NCBI GenBank assembly: GCA_046294875.1
Contig: JBKBNZ010000001.1
Coordinates: forward strand, 1 to 47,942
DNA length: 47,942 nt
Source of the DNA: Aquificaceae bacterium
GTDB lineage: Bacteria; Aquificota; Aquificia; Aquificales; Aquificaceae
Direction of reading: 5' to 3'
Position numbers and translations under genes: made by a program. Of the stretch, positions 39,139-47,264 are shown one piece after another. Positions within the stretch are counted from its first letter, which is position 1, and each line of letters begins with the position of its first letter. The notes beneath the pieces were generated by a model. That model was not told the origin of the DNA. It saw only the letters and a program-made list of their open reading frames with translations, and made no database searches.

Positions 39139-39563
39139 CTAATGCCAGATATGCTGGCTATCTTCCACCTTTTCTCATCCTTTATCACTATAAAGGTGAA
39201 AACCTTTTCCATACCTTGCTTGTCTATGATCTTTACTATTACCTCTGCATGCTTATCGTCTATCTTGTTTGCGTCCAAGACCTTTACCTTCTTTATGTTT
39301 TCTCCCATGGAGGAAAGCACGCAGGCTAAAACTTCCGAGGGCTTCATCTCTGTAAGCTGTATGGGTAGCTTAAGGTCTTGTACCAAGGCATCCCTAAAGG
39401 GTGGGTAAAGGAGCTTTACTGCCTCCTTGCCCTCTTCGTCCCTTATCCTTTCAATGAACTCTTTTACCGTTTTCCTTGCGGACGCTTCTGGGCTTTCTCC
39501 ACAGGCCCTGAAAACAAAAAAGGCTGCAAGAACAAGGGCTATTAGGATAAGCACCTTTTTCAT
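39135..39563 (-). CDS. exported hypothetical protein (NTF2/DUF4878-like pattern)
   Basis: N-terminal signal/TM, SPEASARKTVKEF, C-terminal WKI strand. Strong SD GAGGAGG. Confidence 0.75.
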   Translation of the reverse strand: MKKVLILIALVLAAFFVFRACGESPEASARKTVKEFIERIRDEEGKEAVKLLYPPFRDALVQDLKLPIQLTEMKPSEVLACVLSSMGENIKKVKVLDANKIDDKHAEVIVKIIDKQGMEKVFTFIVIKDEKRWKIASISGIR

Positions 39564-40987
39564 AGCTTTACCTCCTCTATTAGAAATCTATGGATTGACT
39601 TGGCAGCTTTTCTCCCCTCTGCCAAAGCTCTTACCACCGTATCTCCACCGTTTACCGCATCCCCACCTGCAAAGAGCCCTTTGATAGAGGTTCTAAAATT
39701 CTCATCCACCTTAAGGGTACCCCATTTGGTAAGCTCAAGCCCAGGAATATCCCTATAAGCTATAGGGTTAGCCTTCTGGCCTATGGCGAAGATGACAGAA
39801 TCGCACTCTATTATATGGTCTGAGCCTTCCACAGGCACAGGTCTTGGTCTTCCACTTTCGTCAAGCTCACCAAGGGCCATTTTTATACATTTTAAGCCTA
39901 TCACCTTACCTTTATCATCACCAAGTATCTCAACGGGTTGGGTAAGCCAATGGATCACAGCACCTTCTTCCCGTATGTGGTCCCATTCTTCTTGTCTGGC
40001 GGAAGAGGTTTCTCTCGTCCTTCTATACACCACATGGGTCTCTATGCCAAGCCTTATGGCACTTATAGCACAATCCACTGCGGTAAAACCACCGCCTATT
40101 ATAACCGTTTTCCTTCCAAGGTCTATTGGCATGGCGCTTTTTGGAAAAAGGTCTGCTCTGTAAAAGCCTACCCTTGTAAGCACCTCTATGGCGGAATAAA
40201 CGCCCTTTAAATGGTCTCCCTTTATACCAAGGCTTCCCCTTCCAGCCCCTACGCCAAGAAAGACTGCATGATAGTCTTGCAAGAGTTTAGAAAGTTTAAC
40301 AGTTTCACCTACCACGTAACCAAAGAAAAACTTCACCCCCAGCTCTTTTAACTCTTTTATGTGCCAATCTAATATATCCCTTGGTAGCCTTGCGTGGGGT
40401 ATGCCGTAGGCCATAACACCGCCCGGCTTTGGGAGGGCTTCAAAGACATGCACTTGGTGTCCCAAAAGGGCCAAATCGTAAGCACAGGCAAGCCCTGCGG
40501 GACCAGCACCCACAACCGCCACCTTATAGCCTGTAGGCTTTGCCCTTTCCTTTTCAATCTTTATACCGGAGATCCTTACAAAATCCCCTACAAACTTTTC
40601 AAGGGCGCCTATACTTACAGGAAGCCCCTTATTTCTTTTCCCCCTTACCGTGTCGTAGTACAGAATACAGGAACCTTCACACTGCCTTTCCTGAGGGCAT
40701 ATCCTACCGCATATAGAGGGAAAGGGGTCTGCTTCTATTATCTTTTTGTAAGCTCCTATTAGGTCTCCCTCTATGATCCTTTTTATAAAGCCGGGGATAT
40801 CCACGCCTATGGGACAACCCTTTATGCACCTTTGGTCTGCATCTTTACAAAAAAGACACCTTTGGGCTTCGTCAAGGGCAAGGGGAACCGAATAGCCAAA
40901 GGCATACTCCCTAAAGCTTTTTGCTCTTAGGGAGGCTTCCATAAGGGGCTCGGGATTCCTATCTTCATACCTTATACGTTTAGCCAT
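39560..40987 (-). CDS. GltD/SudA/NfnB-like FAD- and Fe-S-dependent NADPH oxidoreductase
   Basis: RCLFC, CIKGCP, CGRICPQERQCEGSC, GAGPAGL, YGIP, GGGFTAVDC, YRR, AGGDAVNG. Confidence 0.9.
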   Translation of the reverse strand: MAKRIRYEDRNPEPLMEASLRAKSFREYAFGYSVPLALDEAQRCLFCKDADQRCIKGCPIGVDIPGFIKRIIEGDLIGAYKKIIEADPFPSICGRICPQERQCEGSCILYYDTVRGKRNKGLPVSIGALEKFVGDFVRISGIKIEKERAKPTGYKVAVVGAGPAGLACAYDLALLGHQVHVFEALPKPGGVMAYGIPHARLPRDILDWHIKELKELGVKFFFGYVVGETVKLSKLLQDYHAVFLGVGAGRGSLGIKGDHLKGVYSAIEVLTRVGFYRADLFPKSAMPIDLGRKTVIIGGGFTAVDCAISAIRLGIETHVVYRRTRETSSARQEEWDHIREEGAVIHWLTQPVEILGDDKGKVIGLKCIKMALGELDESGRPRPVPVEGSDHIIECDSVIFAIGQKANPIAYRDIPGLELTKWGTLKVDENFRTSIKGLFAGGDAVNGGDTVVRALAEGRKAAKSIHRFLIEEVKL

Positions 40988-41075
40988 TAGTAGATAATTA
41001 TATGCGGAAGTTTTAAGAATTTGAATATGCCTTGACTAATCCAAAAACTTATATAATTTATAGTGGAGGTAAGGT

Positions 41076-41285
41076 ATGTTTATGGAAAAGAATACTAACA
41101 TACAGGACGAATACATAGAGGAGCTAAAAAGGAAAGGCGCCACTGTGACCGTGTTTCTTACAAGAGGTACAAGAATAGTGGGCAAGGTATTAGACCATGA
41201 TAGGTATACTATCCTTTTAGATGTGGAAGGTGAGCCAAATCTTATATACAAACATGCCATAAGCACCATAGTACAAGGGGGTTAA
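41076..41285 (+). CDS. hfq: RNA chaperone Hfq (divergent)
   Basis: NIQD, V-FL-x2-G, LIYKHAISTI Sm2 motif, upstream of hflX. SD GGAGG. Confidence 0.9.
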   Translation: MFMEKNTNIQDEYIEELKRKGATVTVFLTRGTRIVGKVLDHDRYTILLDVEGEPNLIYKHAISTIVQGG

Positions 41286-42385
41286 TGAAGAGCATAATCG
41301 TAAGCCTTTTTGAAGACAAGCAAGAAGGAAGGGAGTCCCTTGAAGAGTTAAAAGAACTTCTAAAGGCTATAGATGGCCGATGTTTGGGCTATATTACTCA
41401 AAAAAGAAGTCAACCAGACCCCAAGTACTACGTAGGAGCGGGTAAGGTTGAAGAAATAAGGCAAGTGGCGGAAGGCACCGGCGCAGAAGCTGTTATTTTT
41501 GACGCCTTTCTTAGCCCCTCTCAGGTAGCAAACCTTGAAAGGGCGATAGGCAAAAGGATAATAGACCGTGCAGACCTTGTGCTTGAGATCTTCTCACGAA
41601 GGGTAAGGTCAAAGACAGCAAAGCTTCAGGTGGAGTTGGCAAAGCTTACCTACGAGCTTCCAAGGCTGTACGGAAGGGGTAAGGAGCTTTCAAGACTTGG
41701 TGGTGGTGTGGGTACAAGGGGTCCCGGTGAGCAAGAGGCAGAGATAAGAAGGAGGTGGATAAAAAAGAGAATACAACAGATAAAACAGGAGCTTGAAGAC
41801 ATAAAAAGGCAAAGGAGAGAGCAAAGGAAAAGAAGAGAGAGCGCAGTAGATATAAAGGTGGTCAAAATAGCCCTTGTAGGTTATACTAACGTAGGAAAGT
41901 CAAGCCTTTTGAGGCTTTTAACGGGTAGAGAAACCTTTATAGCAGACATGCCCTTTGCCACTTTGGATACAAAAACCTCCGCCAAGTTCCTATTTCCCGA
42001 CATAAAAATTCTCATAACAGATACGGTGGGCTTTATAAGAAAGCTACCGCCAGAGCTAATAGAATCCTTCAAGGCAACCTTGGAAGAGGTACAAGAGGCA
42101 GACCTGCTTTTGCATGTGATAGATATATCCGATAAAAACTGGCTTGAAAAGGTCAAGGTGGTAAAGGAGATCCTAAAAGACCTTTCCGCAGATGAGAAGC
42201 CTGTTATATACGTTTTTAACAAGGTGGACAAGATGGTAGAAAAGGAAGAAGACATTAAATACCTAACGGAGCCCGCCTTTATGGAGGGCAAGGCGGTGGT
42301 AATATCGGTGGTAAAGGGTTGGGGTATTGGGGAGCTTTTGGAAGCCATAAGGGAAAAGGTAGAAGAACTTCAAGGAGTTGGCTAA
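41285..42385 (+). CDS. hflX: GTPase HflX
   Basis: KLQVELA, GTRGPGE, GYTNVGKS, FATLD, DTVGFI, NKVD. Confidence 0.96.
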   Translation: MKSIIVSLFEDKQEGRESLEELKELLKAIDGRCLGYITQKRSQPDPKYYVGAGKVEEIRQVAEGTGAEAVIFDAFLSPSQVANLERAIGKRIIDRADLVLEIFSRRVRSKTAKLQVELAKLTYELPRLYGRGKELSRLGGGVGTRGPGEQEAEIRRRWIKKRIQQIKQELEDIKRQRREQRKRRESAVDIKVVKIALVGYTNVGKSSLLRLLTGRETFIADMPFATLDTKTSAKFLFPDIKILITDTVGFIRKLPPELIESFKATLEEVQEADLLLHVIDISDKNWLEKVKVVKEILKDLSADEKPVIYVFNKVDKMVEKEEDIKYLTEPAFMEGKAVVISVVKGWGIGELLEAIREKVEELQGVG

Positions 42386-43671
42386 TGAAAAAACATCTTG
42401 TAATACTGGGTGCCCAATGGGGCGATGAAGGAAAGGGGAAGATAGTAGACCTTTTGTCTGCCAACTTTGATGTGGTGGTAAGATACCAAGGTGGTAGCAA
42501 CGCAGGGCATACAGTGGTAGTAAAGGGAGAAAAGTTTATCCTTCACCTTTTGCCTACGGGCATTCTTCACCAGCACACCATAGGCGTAGTGGCTCAGGGT
42601 ATGGTGGTAGACCTTGAACTTTTGGTAAGGGAAATAGAAGACCTTGAAGGTAAAGGGTTAAGGGTTTGGGATAGGGTCTTTGTAAGCGATAGGGCTCACC
42701 TTGTAATGCCTTATCATAAGGTCCTTGACTCTCTTTTTGAAAGGAAGGGGAAGATAGGCACCACCTTGAGGGGTATAGGTCCCTCCTATATGTTTAAGTA
42801 CGGAAGAAAGGGCCTTAGGGTCTGCGACCTTGAGGACAAGGATAGAGCTTACCAGATCATGAAGGACAACATGGAGTTTGTACAAAGCCTTTGTGAGAAG
42901 GTGTATTGTGAAAATCATTCTCTTGACCTTGAGGAAACCTTTGAAAAGACTATGGAAAATTACAAAAAGATAAGGGATAGAGTGATAGATACCACACGGT
43001 GGCTTTTAAACTTTGAAGGAAGAGTGCTTTTTGAGGGGGCTCAAGGCACCATGCTGGACGTGGATATGGGCACCTATCCTTATGTAACCTCCTCCAACGC
43101 CTCCGCTTTGGGCTTGTCCTCTGGTACGGGACTGCCTCCTAAATACTTCTCGGAGGCAAGCTTTTGGGCTGTGTCAAAGGCCTATACTACAAGGGTGGGT
43201 GAAGGTCCCTTTCCCACGGAGTTAAAAGACGAATTGGGAGAAAGGCTAAGGGAAAAGGGTGGAGAGTACGGAGCAACCACCGGAAGGCCAAGAAGGTGTG
43301 GATGGCTTGACCTACCAGCTTTAAAGCATGCCGTGGATATAAACGGCTTGGACGCCCTTATCATCACCAAGCTTGACGTTTTAGATAGCTTTGAGGAGAT
43401 AAAGGTGTGTGTGGCTTATGAGTATGAGGAAAAGACCTTTGATTATTTCCCAGCAAGCTTAAGCCTTTTGGAGAGGTTAAAGCCCGTGTATAAAAGCTTT
43501 AAAGGATGGCTAAAGGACACAAAGGGTGCAAAAAGCCTATCCCAACTTCCAAAAGAAGCCCTTGACTATATAGATTTTATACAAGACTATTTAGGTGTGC
43601 CCATTGTAATGTTATCCACAGGTCCCCAAAGGGATGAGTTTTTCTGGTTGGAGGCCCAAAGCTTGGTTTAG
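42385..43671 (+). CDS. purA: adenylosuccinate synthetase
   Basis: QWGDEGKGK, GGSNAGHT, EGAQG, GTYPYVTSS, GATTGRPRRCGW. Start ATG 42385 overlaps the hflX stop. Confidence 0.98.
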   Translation: MKKHLVILGAQWGDEGKGKIVDLLSANFDVVVRYQGGSNAGHTVVVKGEKFILHLLPTGILHQHTIGVVAQGMVVDLELLVREIEDLEGKGLRVWDRVFVSDRAHLVMPYHKVLDSLFERKGKIGTTLRGIGPSYMFKYGRKGLRVCDLEDKDRAYQIMKDNMEFVQSLCEKVYCENHSLDLEETFEKTMENYKKIRDRVIDTTRWLLNFEGRVLFEGAQGTMLDVDMGTYPYVTSSNASALGLSSGTGLPPKYFSEASFWAVSKAYTTRVGEGPFPTELKDELGERLREKGGEYGATTGRPRRCGWLDLPALKHAVDINGLDALIITKLDVLDSFEEIKVCVAYEYEEKTFDYFPASLSLLERLKPVYKSFKGWLKDTKGAKSLSQLPKEALDYIDFIQDYLGVPIVMLSTGPQRDEFFWLEAQSLV

Positions 43672-43672
43672 G

Positions 43673-44419
43673 TCAAGGGCTGTTGAACCTTCCAAAAGCC
43701 AGTTTATAGAGAAAGACAAATATACCTGCAAGAGAGTGTAGGAAGCTTATAGCGTAACCTGTGGGCAGATCAAAAAGAAAGGAAAAGCTTACCGCCAAAA
43801 GGTTTATAAAAGAGCCAAAAACCCAAGCAAAAGCAAGCCCCCTTCCCAAAAGCAAAGAAACCAACGCGGGAGAAACCAAAAGGGAAAAAACCACCAAAAC
43901 GCCCACCAACTTTACAGAACTGGCAAGGGTAAAAGAAAAAAGCACGAAGAAGGCAAGGTCTTGAAAAAAGCCTTTAAGGTATTTTCTGAGATAAAGTAAA
44001 AGGCCTATAAGGCTGTAGGTGAGGGCAGTACTTATAACTTCTTGCTTTTCCACAAAGAGGATGTCGCTGGCGGTTATCTTTTTTAGCTCCTCCATGCCAA
44101 AAGCAGAAAAGGACAGGATAAGCACGGTTAAAGAAAAGCCAAGGGAGTACAAAAGACCTATAAAGGCTTCTGTATATTCCTTTATCCTCTGAGATAGGGC
44201 GATAAGAAGACTTGCCAAAAGGGCAAAGCTAAGGGAAAAAAGGTAAATATACTTCCCATGAAAGAAAAGAAGAGAGAGGGCTATACCCACTCCGGAAAAT
44301 TGAGCTACCGCAATGTCGGTAAAGATGATTCCCCTTTTTACTATCTCCCTTCCAAAGTAGGCATGGATGCCAACCAACACCACAGAAAGCAAAAGACTTT
44401 TAACAAAAAGGTCTATCAC
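43673..44419 (-). CDS. metal (Zn/Mn/Ni/Co) ABC-type permease, ZnuB/ABC-3 family
   Basis: Highly hydrophobic. HAYFG...RGIIFTDIAVAQ, EAFIGLLY, VKLVGVLVVFSLLVSPA. Confidence 0.88.
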   Translation of the reverse strand: MIDLFVKSLLLSVVLVGIHAYFGREIVKRGIIFTDIAVAQFSGVGIALSLLFFHGKYIYLFSLSFALLASLLIALSQRIKEYTEAFIGLLYSLGFSLTVLILSFSAFGMEELKKITASDILFVEKQEVISTALTYSLIGLLLYLRKYLKGFFQDLAFFVLFSFTLASSVKLVGVLVVFSLLVSPALVSLLLGRGLAFAWVFGSFINLLAVSFSFLFDLPTGYAISFLHSLAGIFVFLYKLAFGRFNSP

Positions 44420-45288
44420 TGGGAAAGCCTCCTTAGGATTTCGTCAAAAAGGTCAAAGAGGTTTTTTACACCTTCTACGCCCACATCGTGAGGAAGGACA
44501 ATAGCCCTTGCACCTATGACCTTGGCAAAATTGTTTGCAGGTTTTGGGTCTCTAAAAACCTCATAAACCACAAACTTGGCTCCTTTGGCTACTTTTGATA
44601 TTTCTTCTAAATGTCTGGCGGTGGGTGGTATACCAGGAAGGGGTTCCAAGGTGCCCACCACTTGTATGCCATAGCGTTTAAAAAGGTAATCGTAGGTTTT
44701 GTGATATTGTACCACCTTTAGGCCCCTTAGCTTAGAAAAACCCTCATCCCACTCCTTTAGCTTTTGATCCCACTTCTTTAAAAAGTCTTCAAGCCTTGAG
44801 GTGTAATATCCACAGTTTGTCTGGTCTAATTCGCACATCCTTTCCTTTATAGCCTTTGCCAATATGGGTATGTGGTGAGGGTTTAGATGATAATGAGGGT
44901 TGCCCTCTGGATGTACGTCGCCCATCTCCCTTGAAACTATAGCGGGCTTATCTATCAGATCTATAAAGTTTGAAAGGTCCAAAAAGCCTTTTCTACCGGG
45001 CTGTATTTTAGGGTTGTTGGATTGCTGTATCAAGGGTGGCAGAAAGCCTATTTCAAGACTTGCTCCATTTATAATAAGCAGGTCGGCGTTTCTGAGCCTT
45101 GCTATGTGGGAAGGCCTTGGCACCACAAAGTGAAAGTCCTCTGTGGGCTTTGCTATAACATAAAGGCTTATCTTTTCCCCTCCCACCTCCTTTGCCAACT
45201 CACCTATCCAAGGGTAGGTGGCAGCAACTCTAAGCTGGGCAAAGGAAATGGAAAGGCTAAGAAGTAGTAACATCATTAACTTTTTCAT
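44416..45288 (-). CDS. metal ABC transporter substrate-binding protein (ZnuA/TroA cluster A-I)
   Basis: Signal peptide, DFHFVVPRPS, GDVHPEGNPHY, YHKTYDY, EPLPGIPPTARH. Confidence 0.93.
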   Translation of the reverse strand: MKKLMMLLLLSLSISFAQLRVAATYPWIGELAKEVGGEKISLYVIAKPTEDFHFVVPRPSHIARLRNADLLIINGASLEIGFLPPLIQQSNNPKIQPGRKGFLDLSNFIDLIDKPAIVSREMGDVHPEGNPHYHLNPHHIPILAKAIKERMCELDQTNCGYYTSRLEDFLKKWDQKLKEWDEGFSKLRGLKVVQYHKTYDYLFKRYGIQVVGTLEPLPGIPPTARHLEEISKVAKGAKFVVYEVFRDPKPANNFAKVIGARAIVLPHDVGVEGVKNLFDLFDEILRRLSQ

Positions 45289-45454
45289 GTCTTTTCCTCC
45301 TTAAAAGTTTTTTTGTGCCTATGTAAAGGGCAAGTCCCACCACGCTGGCGGATGATCCAAGGCAGGCAGGACATTGGCCGCATCCACAAGAAAGCATATA
45401 AAGAAAGCCCCCCGAGGAGGGCAAAAGGGGCAAAAGTTTGTATATGCCCTTCAT
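45257..45454 (-). CDS. small Cys-rich membrane protein (CGCGQCPAC)
   Basis: Fills the gap between porin and binding-protein genes. Strong SD GAGGAGG, C-x-C-x2-C-x2-C cluster, hydrophobic segment, basic tail. Confidence 0.65.
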   Translation of the reverse strand: MKGIYKLLPLLPSSGGFLYMLSCGCGQCPACLGSSASVVGLALYIGTKKLLRRKRHEKVNDVTTS

Positions 45455-45464
45455 ACCTTCCTCC

Positions 45465-46850
45465 TCAGAAGGGATGGGCTCCGTGAGCTCCTATGGCAAA
45501 GGTAAATTGGAGTATCACCTCGTTTATGGTTTTTCTTTTTCCTTTTTCATAATAGGCTCTGTTTTGGCCTGCCTGCAACCTTATGCGGGAAAACTCGGTA
45601 GGGTTGTATTCCACCATGGCATAGTAGGCGGGTAGGTTCTTGGGAAGATTTTTATCGGTTATATCATTTTTGTTGATGAGGTTGTACTGGATTCCTGCCC
45701 TCCACCTTTGGTCAAGCCTTGCCACCAGCTGGGTATAAAAACCGCCCTGTTTTTTTCTGATATTTTCAGTTTCAAGGGTACTTCCATCTAACTCATACTT
45801 TGTACCCTTTTGGTCTCTGTATATATACTCTCCTTGGAAGGCTATGTACTTTGTGGCATCAAGGGAGTATCTGGCTGTTAGGTCAAAGCCGTAAAGCTTG
45901 GTCTTTCCTGCAAAGGCATGCTCTTCATGGTCTATCCTTGTCTTCCCTTGGGCATAAGAAAACCCCGTAAGCACGGAAAGGTTACCTATGTCAAAGGATG
46001 TTTTTACAAAGCCCACGTAAAGGTTGGGCTTGCGAGTTTCTGGCACTTTTACACCGCCTATCTCAAAGCCATCTATTCCAAAGCTCTGTTCGTTTTCTCC
46101 TTGCAACACTTCCGCACCAAGCAGAAGGTAAAAGGGCGTTGGGGCAAGCCAGTTTATCTGGATTCCCTTTTCTGTAAGGCCTTCGCCAAGGAAAACCTTA
46201 TAGATAAGGGGCTGGTTGGCAAAGTCCCAAGTATGGGGGTGTTGGGCGTTTAACCTTCCAAAGCCGCTTCTAAACTTTCCTACCTTTAGCTGGAAGCCAA
46301 AGGGCAGGCCTCGGGTAACCGCATAAGCCTCTTCTACCTCCGCACCTTCTTCTGTAAAGGGTATGGTGGCATAAAGGTCAAAGTACGGGTCTACGGGAGC
46401 ATAGAAGTACAGCTCTGCGTAGTTCAGGTTAAAGCCCCTTTTCTCGTTTAACTCACCATGTCCGTGTCCATGTCCGTTTTCGTGTTTGTGATAAAGGCCG
46501 GGAATTTTAAGGTGGCTAAACTCTTCATCCTTTATATTTCTTCCCACAAGGGATGTATCCACTATGAGGGATATGTCGGGTAAAAAGGCGGTTTGTCTAA
46601 AGGTACCAATCTGCATAGCCTTAAGCCTTTCATCAAACTTAGACCTTAGCTGAAGGCTTCTGTCCATGGGTTGGCTCTTTTGAGCTTCTTCCTTTACTTG
46701 CTCTTTTTGGGCTTTTTCTAAGCTTTGTATCTTCTTTTCAAGCTCTTGTATAAGCTTTCTTTGTTCCTCAAGCTGACGTTTTAGGTCTTCAAGGCTTTCT
46801 TGGGCAAAGGAAAGGCTAAATATTCCTAAAAGAAGGGCAATTTTCCTCAT
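45465..46850 (-). CDS. His-rich outer-membrane beta-barrel metal channel/receptor
   Basis: Signal peptide, N-terminal coiled coil, PDISL, HKHENGHGHGH loop, VEEAY, GRLNAQHPH, EFSRIRLQ, C-terminal GAHGAHPF. Confidence 0.85.
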   Translation of the reverse strand: MRKIALLLGIFSLSFAQESLEDLKRQLEEQRKLIQELEKKIQSLEKAQKEQVKEEAQKSQPMDRSLQLRSKFDERLKAMQIGTFRQTAFLPDISLIVDTSLVGRNIKDEEFSHLKIPGLYHKHENGHGHGHGELNEKRGFNLNYAELYFYAPVDPYFDLYATIPFTEEGAEVEEAYAVTRGLPFGFQLKVGKFRSGFGRLNAQHPHTWDFANQPLIYKVFLGEGLTEKGIQINWLAPTPFYLLLGAEVLQGENEQSFGIDGFEIGGVKVPETRKPNLYVGFVKTSFDIGNLSVLTGFSYAQGKTRIDHEEHAFAGKTKLYGFDLTARYSLDATKYIAFQGEYIYRDQKGTKYELDGSTLETENIRKKQGGFYTQLVARLDQRWRAGIQYNLINKNDITDKNLPKNLPAYYAMVEYNPTEFSRIRLQAGQNRAYYEKGKRKTINEVILQFTFAIGAHGAHPF

Positions 46851-46861
46851 CTTTATACCTC

Positions 46862-47200
46862 CTATAGTGTTATTACTTGTTCTACGCCAAGCTGTTTTGC
46901 TTTGCCGTATAGGTTAGGAAAGCATCCTATGGTGGCGCCTTCCACCAATTTGTCTGCTATGTTCCTCTCATAACAACATTGATCGCATCCCATCAAAAAG
47001 CCTATCTTTCCCTCTTTTAAAAGCTTTGAAAGCCTTTCTCCTATGGGATTTCCCTTTACAAGCACGTAGTTGTTGTCCAAGAGAAAAAACATACCAATCA
47101 CCTCAACAGGGTGAGCGTCGTTTTCAAGCTGGGGAAGTATCATCCTCCCCAGTATGTAACTGGCGGAGTTAGGACTGCTAAATATGTATAAAACCTTCAT
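46862..47200 (-). CDS. DsrE-fold protein (SaoD-like)
   Basis: MKVLYIF, YILGRMILPQLE, GMFF-x2-DN, CDQC, GCFP, VITL end. ATG 47200 with GGAGG SD 8 nt upstream. Confidence 0.8.
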   Translation of the reverse strand: MKVLYIFSSPNSASYILGRMILPQLENDAHPVEVIGMFFLLDNNYVLVKGNPIGERLSKLLKEGKIGFLMGCDQCCYERNIADKLVEGATIGCFPNLYGKAKQLGVEQVITL

Positions 47201-47203
47201 GGC

Positions 47204-47264
47204 AAACACCTCCTGTAGTTTTTTGAGAAAAAAGTCCGTAGCTTTTAGGCTACAGGAGGCGCTC
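47204..47264 (-). promoter_or_regulatory. SD-sequestering helix / translational attenuator
   Basis: Minus-strand GAGCGCCUCCUGUAG (47264-47250, RAPPV codons) pairs over 15 bp (3 G-U) with CUACAGGAGGUGUUU (47218-47204, contains the SD). Confidence 0.8.
47228..47257 (-). terminator. intrinsic terminator-like hairpin overlapping the leader stop codon
   Basis: Minus strand UCC(U)GUAGC-cuaaaa-GCUACGGA followed by C-UUUUUU. Confidence 0.55.
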
